A stretch of DNA of 64,000 nt from Octopus bimaculoides (lineage: Eukaryota). Shown piece after piece: positions 10,301 through 22,489 of the stretch (within the stretch, counting starts at the first letter, position 1; every line of letters begins with the position of its first letter). The position numbers were made by a program, and so were the translations under genes. The stretch lies in contig NC_068994.1 of assembly GCF_001194135.2 (NCBI RefSeq), forward strand, positions 3,187,135-3,251,134, in the 5' to 3' direction. Below the pieces are notes generated by a model. It had not been told where the DNA came from. It saw only the letters and a list, made by a program, of their open reading frames with translations, and did no database searches.

Positions 10301-12539
10301 GTAGACAGAGAAGAGAATGAAAGAGACAAACAAGACAGCAATATAATTTCTTTCAAAAACACAACAATAACAAAGGTTCTTTGTTTTAATGGTTACTTTA
10401 TTGTTAATTTTTTGATTATTTTAAACAGTTTTTAGTGGAACAATGATGAATGAGACAGACACAGGGCCTGAGATGGATTGAGACTGTATACATATATATG
10501 TGTGTATGCATGTATGTATATGTGTGTGTGGTGTGTGTAGTGGCGAGTGGGAGAATAAGTTCCCTAGTTTAGAAGCTGTGTGTATATATAAATATATACA
10601 CACACACACACACATCTGTGTAGGCACACACATGTAAATTAGTGTATATAATTATATATATATATATATATATAAAGATATGTGTGTGTGTGTATATATG
10701 TAAAGCTATGTCATTAATTTACTGAAATTGATTAAAAAGTGGACTACCATAGCTTTGTTATTTAAAAGTTTGCACTACAACTCCTGAATCATAATGCAAA
10801 CTTTTAAATAATATATATATACATACACATACACAAATAAATGGTGTATGTATGTATATGTACATATGCACATATATATTGTTAAATTAGTTATACACAC
10901 ACATAACTAAAGGTGTATGTTATTGATAACAGGATTTGCTACAATCAACAAAAGTACTCAATGCTAGGAATGCAGAGCTAAAGTAATCATTCATGGACTT
11001 CTCACTCTGATGGGAATCATTTTAAAATGAAACAAGTGTTTTGAAGAACGAAGGTATTATATACATGCATACATACACATGAACATATATAATTCAAGTA
11101 TGTGTGTATGTAGGTGTGAGGAGAGAGACAGAAAGTGCATAGTTGTGTGTATGTAAACATTTATAAAGATATATCAGTCGATAGCCACATGATCTTTTTC
11201 TTTCTCCATCAGAAAGATGGCTCTGTTATTACTCTAAACAAGGCCTAATTCTATTTTTATGGAGGACTGGAAGTTGAACAACCAGATGGTGTAGGCCATT
11301 GGGATAGCGAGGAATATGGCACAGGTTAACGTTAAACACCCACACACCCAGAATTTGGTGATGTGAACGGTGATAGCGTGAAAAAATACATGTATAGAAA
11401 CATTGTACATATACACACACACACACACATTTGCTGATATCATACAATATGTTTAGTGTATCTGACCCATGGATAAATCACACAGGCCTCTACACTTACT
11501 GTGGAAATATGTTTTATTAATTATGTTGTTTATGGTTTCAATATTCATTTATAAACATGCTGTGATGGCAATATAGATACAGACATACATAAATATATAT
11601 ATATATGTATATATATATAAGTACAGTATCGATCCATTGTATGTGTTGTGGATAAATATACAAAGTCATAGATGTGTAAGTATTTAGTATTTCTGTTTCT
11701 CAGCAGTATGAAATATCAATGAAGTCAGTCAATATGTTCTTCACCCACAGCTGACAAAAAGAGGACCCCCTCCATGGGGCCTAATTTCACAGTGGGATGA
11801 AATATATAGAATTATTCAGATTTTAGTCAATGCTGCATGATGTAGTGTAGAGATATGTACACCTGGTCCTTATACACACTGTATAATGTAACATAGACAG
11901 ATATATAAACACCTGCTCTCTATATACTGTATAAATAAAAATACATCCATATATTTACACTAGTCTCAATATACTGTATTATGTAATATAGGCATATATA
12001 TATATATATATACATACCTGATCTCTATACAGTATATAAGTGTGGACAGTAATAAAAAGTCAGCTGTATTAGGTTCAATCACTGTATAAGGATTTCATCA
12101 GTGGCTGTGTGTCCCCTTTTTAACAGTCTCCATTAGAACTACAAATAAACCCACTATTATTAAGGGCTTCAGTATATTGGGGAGATCCAATTTGCATATA
12201 ATACTTCATCAAAAGCTCCACTGATTAATGAATCATCAGTGAATCAACAGGGTTTTTGTTTCATTAGAAGACTATTCTAGATAACAATCATTTCTTTCTA
12301 TCTATGTCTGTGGTAAACAGGAGTTAAATTTACAAAAGCTGATGACACAGCATTTACTGAGTTGCTGCACAGAAACTCAGAGTCCTGAATACGAGTGTTC
12401 CATACCTGTGTCATTTTATATATGTGTGCAGAAAGAGAGAGAGAGAGAGAATCAATAAATAAAAATAAAGATGGGCCCAATGCAGAGGTCTCTTGCAATA
12501 TTTGTGTATGTGATTAAATATATTTTTATTAGTGATCAG

Positions 12540-12686
12540 CAGAAGTTACAGAATGCCTCAAAGGCTGAGGGTTTCATGCAATAGAACTTACCAAACTGGT
12601 ATCAAATTAATCCCCATAATGTGAAACCAGTTTGCTAAGTTCCAGTGCACGAAACTCTAAGCCTTTGAGTCACACTGTGACTTCTG
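12540..12686. repeat. 147-nt imperfect palindrome (foldback/MITE-like)
   Basis: 61-nt arms (12540-12600 and 12626-12686) with 51/61 identity. Confidence 0.9.
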
Positions 12687-12695
12687 CAGATTAAT

Positions 12696-12733
<38 letters not shown>

Positions 12734-12882
12734 TGTTTTGAGTTCTATTTATTCTATTTTCCTGTTTATATCATCAATAAATATGTATATGATATATACA
12801 TACATATCATGTGTGTGCATATTTATACACAAGAAGTTCAATATGTATGTACATATGCATACACACACACATATATATACAT

Positions 12883-12945
<63 letters not shown>

Positions 12946-13078
12946 TCATATATGATATATATACATATCATGTATATATATATATATACAATATATGGGT
13001 GCATATGTTTGTATACATGAGCATATTTGTACATAAGTTCAATATGTATGTACATATGCACACACACATATATACTTG

Positions 13079-13110
<32 letters not shown>

Positions 13111-14057
13111 CATGCATATGTGCCTCGATATAGAACCAATATATATACAGAGAGAGATTTATATATCTTTATTCATATGGAGATAGTAATGCAGATAAAC
13201 TTTAACTGTATTCATCTATACATGTGTGTGTATAAGTATATACATGGTGTATTGTGTCTGTACACATCCATGTGTGTGTGTGTGTGTGTGCAGTGGTGTT
13301 ATTATTTGCTGACCTCTGGCAAACCCTATTTCTTGCAGATCACTTCACCCCCCCCCACCCTCATGCTATAATGTCAGCGTTGGCTAATTCATGGTACACC
13401 AATAATAATGATGATGATGACAACAATGATGATGATGATGATGATGATGGTGCTGGTGTCTGACTACTACAGACATTGCCATTGCTGATGATGATGATAA
13501 TGATGATGGCGATAATGTTTTGCTTTGACCGATGGCTTCTCTGTCAATTGATCCTATGTCCTGTAGAAAGAATATGCTGCTATACTACACAGCAGGGTAC
13601 ATCATATAAACAGACTACATGGTTGACAAATGTTGTTGTTCTTGTTATATTATCATTGAGAGAGCAGTGTTATGAGTGGAGCTGAGCTGGGATGGCTGGC
13701 TGGCTGGCTGGTTGTTTAGTTTGCATGGGGGAGGGGGAGGATATCATCGTTTTTGTTTACCTTATTTTCCCATTTTTACTTTCACTTTTAAATCCCAGAA
13801 CAATTAAATACAATGTGTTTGTATATGACGTTATGTGTGTGTGTGTTTCTCCCCCATAAGTATGGTGAGCTAAGTCAAGCGTGTGTCCATACAAATAAAT
13901 ATTACAGTATCGTTTGAGCAGATAACAAAACTCAGTCAATGTGAACAGGCCATTTTTCATTGATATAGCTAACTTACTATAATACACATACACAACTATA
14001 CCTACCACATACAGTACAGAACCATGCTATATACATACCTATATGTATGTATGTATG

Positions 14058-14101
<44 letters not shown>

Positions 14102-14602
14102 AACATATATACACACACGTGTATATATATACATATATATAAATACATACACACATATATATGCATATACTTATGTGTATATATATATATACACATACAT
14201 GTGTGCATATATATACACATATATGTATATATATATACACATATATGTATATATATATACACGCACAAACGTATATATATATATATATATATATATATNN
14301 NNNNNNNNTCTTTTTATTATATTTATCTTATGATATTTACTTTACTTTATATTATACTCATTTATTGTGCTTTTAATTATTAATTTTTCTATATGTGATA
14401 GTGGATTTTCATCGATGAGTTCTTGAAAATTGGTTATTTTCCCTAAAACTATATATATTTTATATATACTTTATCTATAAGGCTCAATTTAATTTTTTAT
14501 AAATTGATTTTAATTGAGTTTTTTACCTGTAATTTTGGATTTTGTCCCTAATAATATTATTATATATATATATATATATATTGTTCTTAAACATTAATTT
14601 TA

Positions 14603-14778
14603 TTGACAGTGCCTTTGAAGTTTCGACCAGTTAAGCCATCATTGGACTGGCCAAAACTTCAAAGTCACTGGCAATGATATTCTTGTTTAAGAATAACAAA
14701 TTTTTACTTTTCGAGTAATCCATCAGATAAATGTAAAATTGTTTTTTTTATAACTGAACATAAAACAAACATTAACAC
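14603..14778. mobile_element. Penelope-like element derivative: head-to-head inverted hammerhead-like motifs, locus 2
   Basis: Minus copy CAGT-CCAATGA-TGGCTTAACTGGTC-GAAAC-TTCAAA-GGC-ACTGTCAA abuts a plus-strand 3' half (ACTGGCC-AAAAC-TTCAAA-GTC-ACTG) and the shared flank. Confidence 0.6.
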
Positions 14779-15491
14779 ACACACACACACACACACAGAC
14801 ATTCGTATATATATTCACTGGGTTTAAGATGGAGAACATAGAAACCCCTATTTTGTAAGTTTGCTTCTCACATGTTAGGGATTCGTCATGAAGGAATACT
14901 TGAATTTCCTACAGAATTTTTGCACCACTAACTCTGTGTGTGTGTGTGTGTGTGATTGTCAAGGGACATTAATTTGGTCTTTAGGGCCTGACCCTTGCTG
15001 TATATATGTATCACAACTGCCCAATGAACGGGAACATGAAACTCTGAGTAGCAGTTCTTTTGTGATGGTTTTGCAGCTTTTATAAAAAAACATGCTACTC
15101 TACCTTCGGTATTCGAGTACTGTTTTTGCCACCTTGTTTTGCATTTATGTGCTTACTCATGTGTGTGTGTGTGTGTGTGTATGCAACAACTGCTGCTATT
15201 ACTTTACATAACCCCTAAATGATCCCTTAGAAATATCTTGTTTGTCTCAGATAAAAATAAAGCCAGTGATAGAAAGGGATTTTTTTTAGTCAGAGAAGCA
15301 GAGATGTGGCCCTCAGGACTTCTTGTGGCTAGTATGAGGAAAGGGGTTAAAGGTCAAATGAGGAGGGGAGGAATTGATAAGTTGTGGCAATGATGCCTCT
15401 CTTCAAACATGCAGGAAATGGTGCAATTTGTAAAAGGTTCCCAGATTTCATTTACTATTTATCTTACACACACACAAATATGCCCTATGAT

Positions 15492-15690
15492 AATCATTTC
15501 CACTATAGGCACGAGGCCTGAAATTTTGGGGGAGGGTGAAAGTTGATTACATTGGCTCCCAATATTCAACTGGTACGTATTTTATTGACCCCAAAATAAT
15601 GAAAGGCAAAAGTTGGCCTCAGCAGAATTTGAACTCAGAATGTAAAGCTAGAAGAAACACTGCTAAGAATTATGTCCACCACACTGCCTT
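15492..15690 (-). mobile_element. SINE family A (diverged; more decayed copies follow to ~16390)
   Basis: ggcacgaggcctgaaatt...gaaaggcaaagttggcctc..gaatttgaactcagaa. Confidence 0.75.
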
Positions 15691-16198
15691 AATATGCTCT
15701 TAGTAGTAGTAGTAGTAGTAGTAATGGTTCCTAACTTTGGCACAAACACATACAATGTTTTAGGGGTAGAGGAAAGCCCTAAATTATTAAACTGACTCCA
15801 TTGTATGACTGGTACTTACATATTTTATCCCTACCCCTACATACTTGGAAGGATGAGAATTAAAGTTCAATTCCCCAACCTCCATGCAATTTGAATTCAG
15901 AAGATAAAAGGATGGAGGTAAATACCACAAGGTATTTTATCTGATGCTCTACTGATTCTATCATTGACCAATAACAGTAATAATATAACAATAAGGATAC
16001 TAATATTGATCTCATAATTATAAGCTCAAGAGGAGGGCAGGGAATATAGTGAACCCCTTAGTTGTCCTGGGAACTGCTTGATCAGCCCCTGGAGGATTGA
16101 AAGGCAAAGCTGAAATTGGCTGGATTAGAAATCAGAAGGTAGAAGGATGAAATGGCATTTATGTCAAGGTTTTATTGATTCATGTATCAAGGTTAACC

Positions 16199-16234
<36 letters not shown>

Positions 16235-17996
16235 TTCTAACATAGACACAAGGCCGCAAATTTATAGGGGTGATTATAGTCAATTACATGGACCACAGCA
16301 ACTGACAGGAATTTATTTTATGGACCCCAGGAGTATGAAATGGAAAGCTGATCCCTAATATGATTTGAACCCAGATCATAACAGACTGAAACTAAAATAG
16401 TTTAATGTAATTAAACTAGATACTGGATCATTTCTGGCAAATATTAATGGTGGTGGTCATGATGATGATGATGATGATATCTGACTGACTTGCTAAGTAC
16501 AATGTTTTGGATTTATGAGAGAAGAAAAACGAGTCCTTAAAGCACAATGCCCTATATTTCTAAAGGAGAAGAGGTATAGGTTATATGAAGGTCATGCCTC
16601 CCTTGAGGGTGTTAGCAAATACAATTGAAGTGGATTCAGCTCACTGGGATAGTACCTCTTCTTGTATGGTGCTCACCATTCCAAACTGAGGTGGAACTAA
16701 TAAGAACTGACAAAAATAATACAAAATCTTTTAGATTAGATTTTCAATTATAGTCCCATTTCCATCTCAGATGTTTTAGAGGAATATTAATTTAATACTT
16801 GATACTTAACTCATTGAACCTGGAAGCAGAAAGCTAACTTCACCATGATTTGAACTAAAAATATAAAGAGTGGTACCTAGATAACAGATATTTTGTGTAA
16901 AGCCCTGAAGAGTCTGCCAAATCAACCAGTCACTACTGCAATATTGAGGGGTTTTAGTACTTGTAGATCTTAGTTAGTCTAGGACCATAACTATGGAAGA
17001 ACATCAACTGGCAACACAGATCCATGGAAAGATCCATGCAAGGAATTACCCAACCTCGTTTAATATTAAGAAAGCTAAGAGAGTTTACATCAAGGACATT
17101 AGGACACCTCACAGAGGTGGGGAGTGTCTGTGTGTGAAAAGATGAAGGACCTTAATCCAATCAGATCCACCTTTGTCCCACCCACCAATGATAACCCCAC
17201 ACATTGCTCCCCACTAACTATTTGCTAAGTGACTGACAAGAACAGAATGAAGGGTCCACATCTACTGTATCCTCACAGCTGGTTTATGTTACGCAGAGGA
17301 GCAAGTGACAACTGTAACCAGTCAAAACTGGTTAACTCCCTACTGATGATAGATGACAATGGTGATGATGATGGCAGGGGAAAATTTTTTTTTTTTTATG
17401 TTAATATTTTTTTTAATTTACAAATAAATTATAACTTTTGCTAGAAATAATTTTCAAAAATGCTTCCATTTTTTTTTTGTAAGTATATTTTTTTATATTT
17501 TATTTCATTTCCTCCCCACCCAGGAAGGTAGGCAAAGTGGGGTATGTTAAGGGTGATGTTTAACCAATGAGGATATACCAGGATGTTAACAAGAAATATT
17601 TAATCAATTAGGATTGTCCACATCATTCCTATTTACAGCTAAACAGATTTTCTATAGGACCAAGGGGCCTAAAGTGAAACTAAACTACAAAACAACCGGG
17701 TCACTAGTTTGTCAAATGTTGATCTTTGACAGAATTTTACAGAACTAATTCAGAAGAATCGAGTCAAAAACTCACTAAGAAAAATTGATGGAAGAATGAT
17801 TGAAAGATAAAGTTGTTCTTAGAAACACTTTAGGGCCAGAAGACACATCAATTCCATTTGTTATTATTTAGTAATAACAATTCAGAGCCACCAAGAGACT
17901 AATGGTGAGCAACATGCAATAGTAAAACTGCCCCTGACCCAGGTGGTTGTTTCCCTGTAGAAGCCATAAACTTCTCACACGACTACCAATTAACTA

Positions 17997-19659
17997 CTAA
18001 TATATAGTCTGCCATAAAATTGTATTTAATGGGGTGTACTCTTTAACATTTTTACATGAATTAGCAGCAGTTGTAGTCCCAGCCCCTAAACCAGCCCCTA
18101 AAGTAGAACCAACAGCTCCACTCGCACTGCTTTTTCTTAGTTGCTTATGTGTTCGTCTGTGTCGTTGTAGTTTGCCCGTCTGGGAGAAAGCTTTACCACA
18201 CACTTCACAATGGAAAGGTTTTTCTCCAGTGTGAGTCCTTCGGTGGATTTGTAACGTGTCCCGGCGGGCAAACCTCTGGATACACAGATCACACGGGTAT
18301 GGTTTTAGCCCTGTGTGGGTTCGTTGGTGTAGCTGGAGGCGGTCCCGCTGGGCAAATCGGCGCATGCAAACTCCACACTCGTATGGTTTCTCACCAGAAT
18401 GTACCCTGTGGTGGATCTGTAGCTTATCCTTGCGGGAAAATTGCCGAGGACAAAGGGAACAACAAAACGGTTTTTCCCCAGAATGAGTTCTTTGGTGCAT
18501 CTGCAGTTTATCTCTCCGTGCAAACTTCTTTGGACAAACGCTGCATTGAAACGGTTTCTCTCCCGTATGGGTTCGTGTATGAATTTGCAAGTGGTCTTTA
18601 CGAGCAAATTGTTTCGGACAAAGTTGACACTGGAAAGGTTTCTCTCCGGAATGAGTGAGTTTATGGGTTTGAAGAGTATTTCGTTGGGCAAAACATTTGG
18701 AACATATATCACAAGAATATGGCTTCTCTCCAGTATGAGTTCTGCGATGCATTCGTAGCTTGTCTCTCTGCGCAAACTGTTTACAGCAGAAATCACAAGG
18801 AAATGGTTTCTCGCCGGTATGTGAACGCCTGTGGATTTGGAGTTTGTCATTTCTGGCAAACTTTTTTTGACAAAACTCGCAGGTGAATGGTTTCTCACCT
18901 GAGTGAATACGTTGGTGAATTTTCAAGTTGTCACGTCGAGCAAACTGCTTGGAACAAGTGTCACAGTGGAATGGTTTTTCTCCTGTGTGCGATCTCTTGT
19001 GAATCTGAAGAGTATGTCTCTGAGCAAACTGCTTCGGACAATCTGTACAATGGAAAGGCTTCACACATTTTACATTCTTTTCCTCACTGTTGTTGTTGTT
19101 GTTGTTGTTGTTGATGTTTTTGCTGATGTCATTGTTGCTGTTATTGTTGTTGTTGCTACTATTGTTGTTGTTGTTGTTGTTGCTGATTTTGCTGCTGTTA
19201 TTACTGCTGCTGCTGCTGTTGTTGTTATTACTAATATTGTTGCTGTTGCTGCTGTTGGTGGTGGGGGTGCTGCTGCAGGCAGGAGGTGTAGGAGTAGGAG
19301 TAGGAGTGATACAGTTTGGTGTAGCATTGTTTGCTCTGCAGCTACTACCACCACCACCACCACCACCACCACCACCACCACCACCACAGCAACTATTATT
19401 ATTGTTGGTGCTATTATGAATGTGATGATGATGATGATAGCTAATACTATGACTACCGTGGGGATGGTGATGGTGGTGGTGGTGGTGGTGAAGGTGGTTG
19501 GGAGGAAGCAGTGTCTTCGGGGAGGGGGGGTGGCTTACAAACGGTTTGGCAGCTTCTGGTTGTTGTTGTTGTTGTTGTTGAGGTTGTGTTTGTTGTTGCT
19601 GTTGTTGCTGTTGCTGTTGTTGTTGTTGCCGTTGTTGTTGTTGTTGTTGCTGTTGTTGC

Positions 19660-19692
<33 letters not shown>

Positions 19693-20171
19693 TGACAAGC
19701 TGATTCGGTAGAACTGCTTCTGGGCGACAGCAGAGACGGTTTTTCAATGGAGAGTGGTTCCATCACCTGACCGTGATGACTCTGATTTGAAATGTGCTGG
19801 TCATGGGCCTGCCTCAGAACTGACCCTTGCAGGGGACTTTGAGGGGGATGCGATGTGGTCATGTGAACAGGACTTTGTTGACAACGCTGGTCGTTCAAAG
19901 ACAGAGAAGCTGCAGCTGCTTGCAGGTAACAGTTCTGAGATGCGTATTGCTTAGCATAGATGTTGCTGCAGGGTACAATCATTGGTCTGTCGTGGGAGAC
20001 AGCAGCTTGGAAATAACAGCTCTGAGCAAACTGTTTGCTGCACATGTCCATAGAGAATTGCTTTTCAGCTGCATGTGACATCCTGCCATGTGTTGGCAGA
20101 GCGTAATGAGGTTGGAACTGTTGGCTGGGAACATTGCAATGGATGGTTTTCTCACTCATGTAACCATCCAT
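17997..20171 (-). CDS. C2H2 zinc-finger protein ZF-B (724 aa; 11 tandem fingers, polyQ/H/G/N linker)
   Basis: Uninterrupted ORF with 11 C-x2-C-x12-H-x3-H units joined by TGEKP-type linkers at 18147-19052. The in-frame trinucleotide repeats keep the frame open. Confidence 0.95.
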
Positions 20172-21144
20172 TTTTAAACTTTAACCTGGTTTTAATTAAA
20201 CCATACAAGAAATTTTGCACTGTGGTTTTGTGGTCAATATCGGCTCAATATGTAAAAGATTAATTGGTTTGTAGGGGATAAACTGTGTGTAATAAATTAA
20301 ATGATTGTATAGATCCAGTGGATGTAGAGATTAATCAGGAAAATATTACATGTGAGATATCACACCTCCTGTTATAGCAACAGAGATCACAGTGACTGTC
20401 ATGGTCGGACACTGATAAAATGGGGTTTGGTTCAAGATTAATCACAAGTGTGTATGTGTGTATGTGTGCGCATATACATATACAAGTTAAGTTATTCAAT
20501 GTATGTGTGTATATGTATAGATATATGTGTGTATGTGTGTGTGCTTTATGTATTTTAATATATATTTATGTTCATATACATGTAATATATATTGTGTCAC
20601 TTAATATATATATACATATAGATGTATGCTGTATGTCTGAATTGAAGATGTAACCTATCTGAGTTTTTTTTTTTTTTGAAAACTGATGTTTTAACAGAGA
20701 TGGTTCACTATTTTCTTCCAAAGACAGTGTGTGTGTGTGTGTGTTTGGTGAAAGTCTCTTAGCACTTTTTTTATTCAATATTCTTTAGACAGAGACTTTC
20801 ATTGCTCCTTTTGCAGCCTGATTTTACAACTGGAAGATTTCGCTGATCCCACATTAATTAATCCATCAATCATGTAAGAGTAATTAATAAATTTGATGGG
20901 TTTTTCTTCGCACATCACAATCATGAGGCTGGCAATATTTTATTGTTGTCTTCCACCAGTAAATATCTTCAAATCAAATTGCTAAATTCAGAAATTAAAT
21001 AATTACTAAAAAAAAATATATGAATAAATGTAACGGAGAATAGAGACTACGTAAAGTCAATGATGGTGCTTGATAATAATAAACACGGAGGTTGTAGAGC
21101 AGTTGATCGGAGCATAGTGACCATATTTTATCAAATATAATTAC

Positions 21145-21196
21145 TTCGGTGTCACTCAAACAACAGATATGGAGTCCATCTTGAGAATGTCTTTGT
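21145..21196 (-). other. Putative 52-nt 5'UTR exon of ZF-B
   Basis: On the minus strand: acceptor ccttttattttgcAG and donor GAA|GTAATT, about 1 kb upstream of the ZF-B ATG. Confidence 0.35.
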
Positions 21197-21299
21197 CTGC
21201 AAAATAAAAGGTGGAAAATAAGCATAATATATAGATAAATGTTACATATTAATACACATGGCATATAAATAAACATTGTAAATAAATAAATACATAAAC

Positions 21300-21510
21300 A
21301 TTCTTTTCTACTCTAGGCACAGGGCCTGAAATTTTGGGGAAGGAGGCCAGTCAATTAGATCAACCCCAGTACGCAAATGGTACTTAGTTTATTGACCCCA
21401 AAAGGATGAAAGGCAAAGTTGACCTTGGCGGAATTTGAACCCAGAACCCAGATGAAATACTGCTAAGCATTTCGTCCAGTGTGCTAACCATTCTGCCAGC
21501 TCGCTGCCTT
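21300..21510 (-). mobile_element. SINE family A
   Basis: Full-length match to the copies at 23317 and 30049. Confidence 0.85.
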
Positions 21511-22489
21511 CACATGTATCATTGATAAACATATAACAATAAACACTGTCTATTAATAAACATTATATATTAATAAATATTGTATGTAAATAAGAATTAC
21601 ATGTAAATCCACACTGTAAAACATAAGACAAAAGGGTCTGAGCAGAACAGATTGCCTGCTGTAGAAGAGAAACATGACTGTAGACATGTGGAAGAGAGGG
21701 TGTGCATTGGTGGAGGTGCAAAGAGATAAAAAAAAATGTGGTGACGAGGTATCAGAGTGAGTGGGGAATAGGGGATGACTGATAGTGTAGAGCAGCAGAA
21801 TAGAGTGTGTGTAGTTAGATGTATGTAGCAGGTCTCTGCTCCAACTTGAACCTGGATTCTTTTTCCTATTAGAAGGTTTTAGCAAATAACAAATCGTTCA
21901 AACTGAGTGATGACATCAGGAAAAATGTAACCATTGACACCCAAATGACTGCACATCAAATTCTTGTACTGACAACACCAAACATTGTTGACTGAAAATC
22001 AGTGAAGCATTGACTGATCTAAACTCAGCTGATAAAAAGTGAAGCAAAGAATAGGCAAATGGGCTGAAGGACAGGGTCACAAACAGAGCTGGACAAACAG
22101 ACAGACAAAGAGATGCACTCATGCATTAAGTTAACTTCAAAATCAGTTGTTTTTCAGCAATTAAATAGGTCAGCATAAACATTATGCAACACCTTATGTC
22201 CAAACTGCTTCTGACTAAATTACAAAGCTAATCACAAGATTCTCTTATAGAATCAGGCCACAATGTTGATCTAATTTTTCTGACCTTATTTTGTAATTTT
22301 CTTCCTGGGAACAGCCATGTTCCATTTTCAACTTTTATGAATAAAACAAGATGATGAACTTAACAAACTGCTTTTATTTTCTTATGGAGCTGTTCATTTT
22401 TGTTAAATCAATTTTTTTCTCAATCACACATGGAGATACACATACATACATATTCATACACACACCCATATATGTACATACGTATGCAT

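Noticed and set aside
11234-11443. Minus ORF with caveolin-like words (TKFW...IPMA..IW)
   Set aside because: Spacing differs from caveolin by 4 and 1 residues, there is no good splice acceptor and no other exons were found. A tBLASTn could settle it.
12335-12390. Hammerhead-like string CTGATGA...GAAACTCAGAGTC
   Set aside because: There is no G10.1-C11.1 closing pair, stem I is only 2 bp and the copy is single. It is most likely chance.
17000-17130. Possible RTE ORF2 remnant (NINWQHR..LPNL..GH)
   Set aside because: It is too decayed, needing several frameshifts, to support without a search.
18034-20078. Antisense and alternate-frame ORFs overlapping ZF-B (likewise ZF-A and ZF-C)
   Set aside because: They are shadows of the periodic finger codons and trinucleotide repeats (poly-L/V/T).
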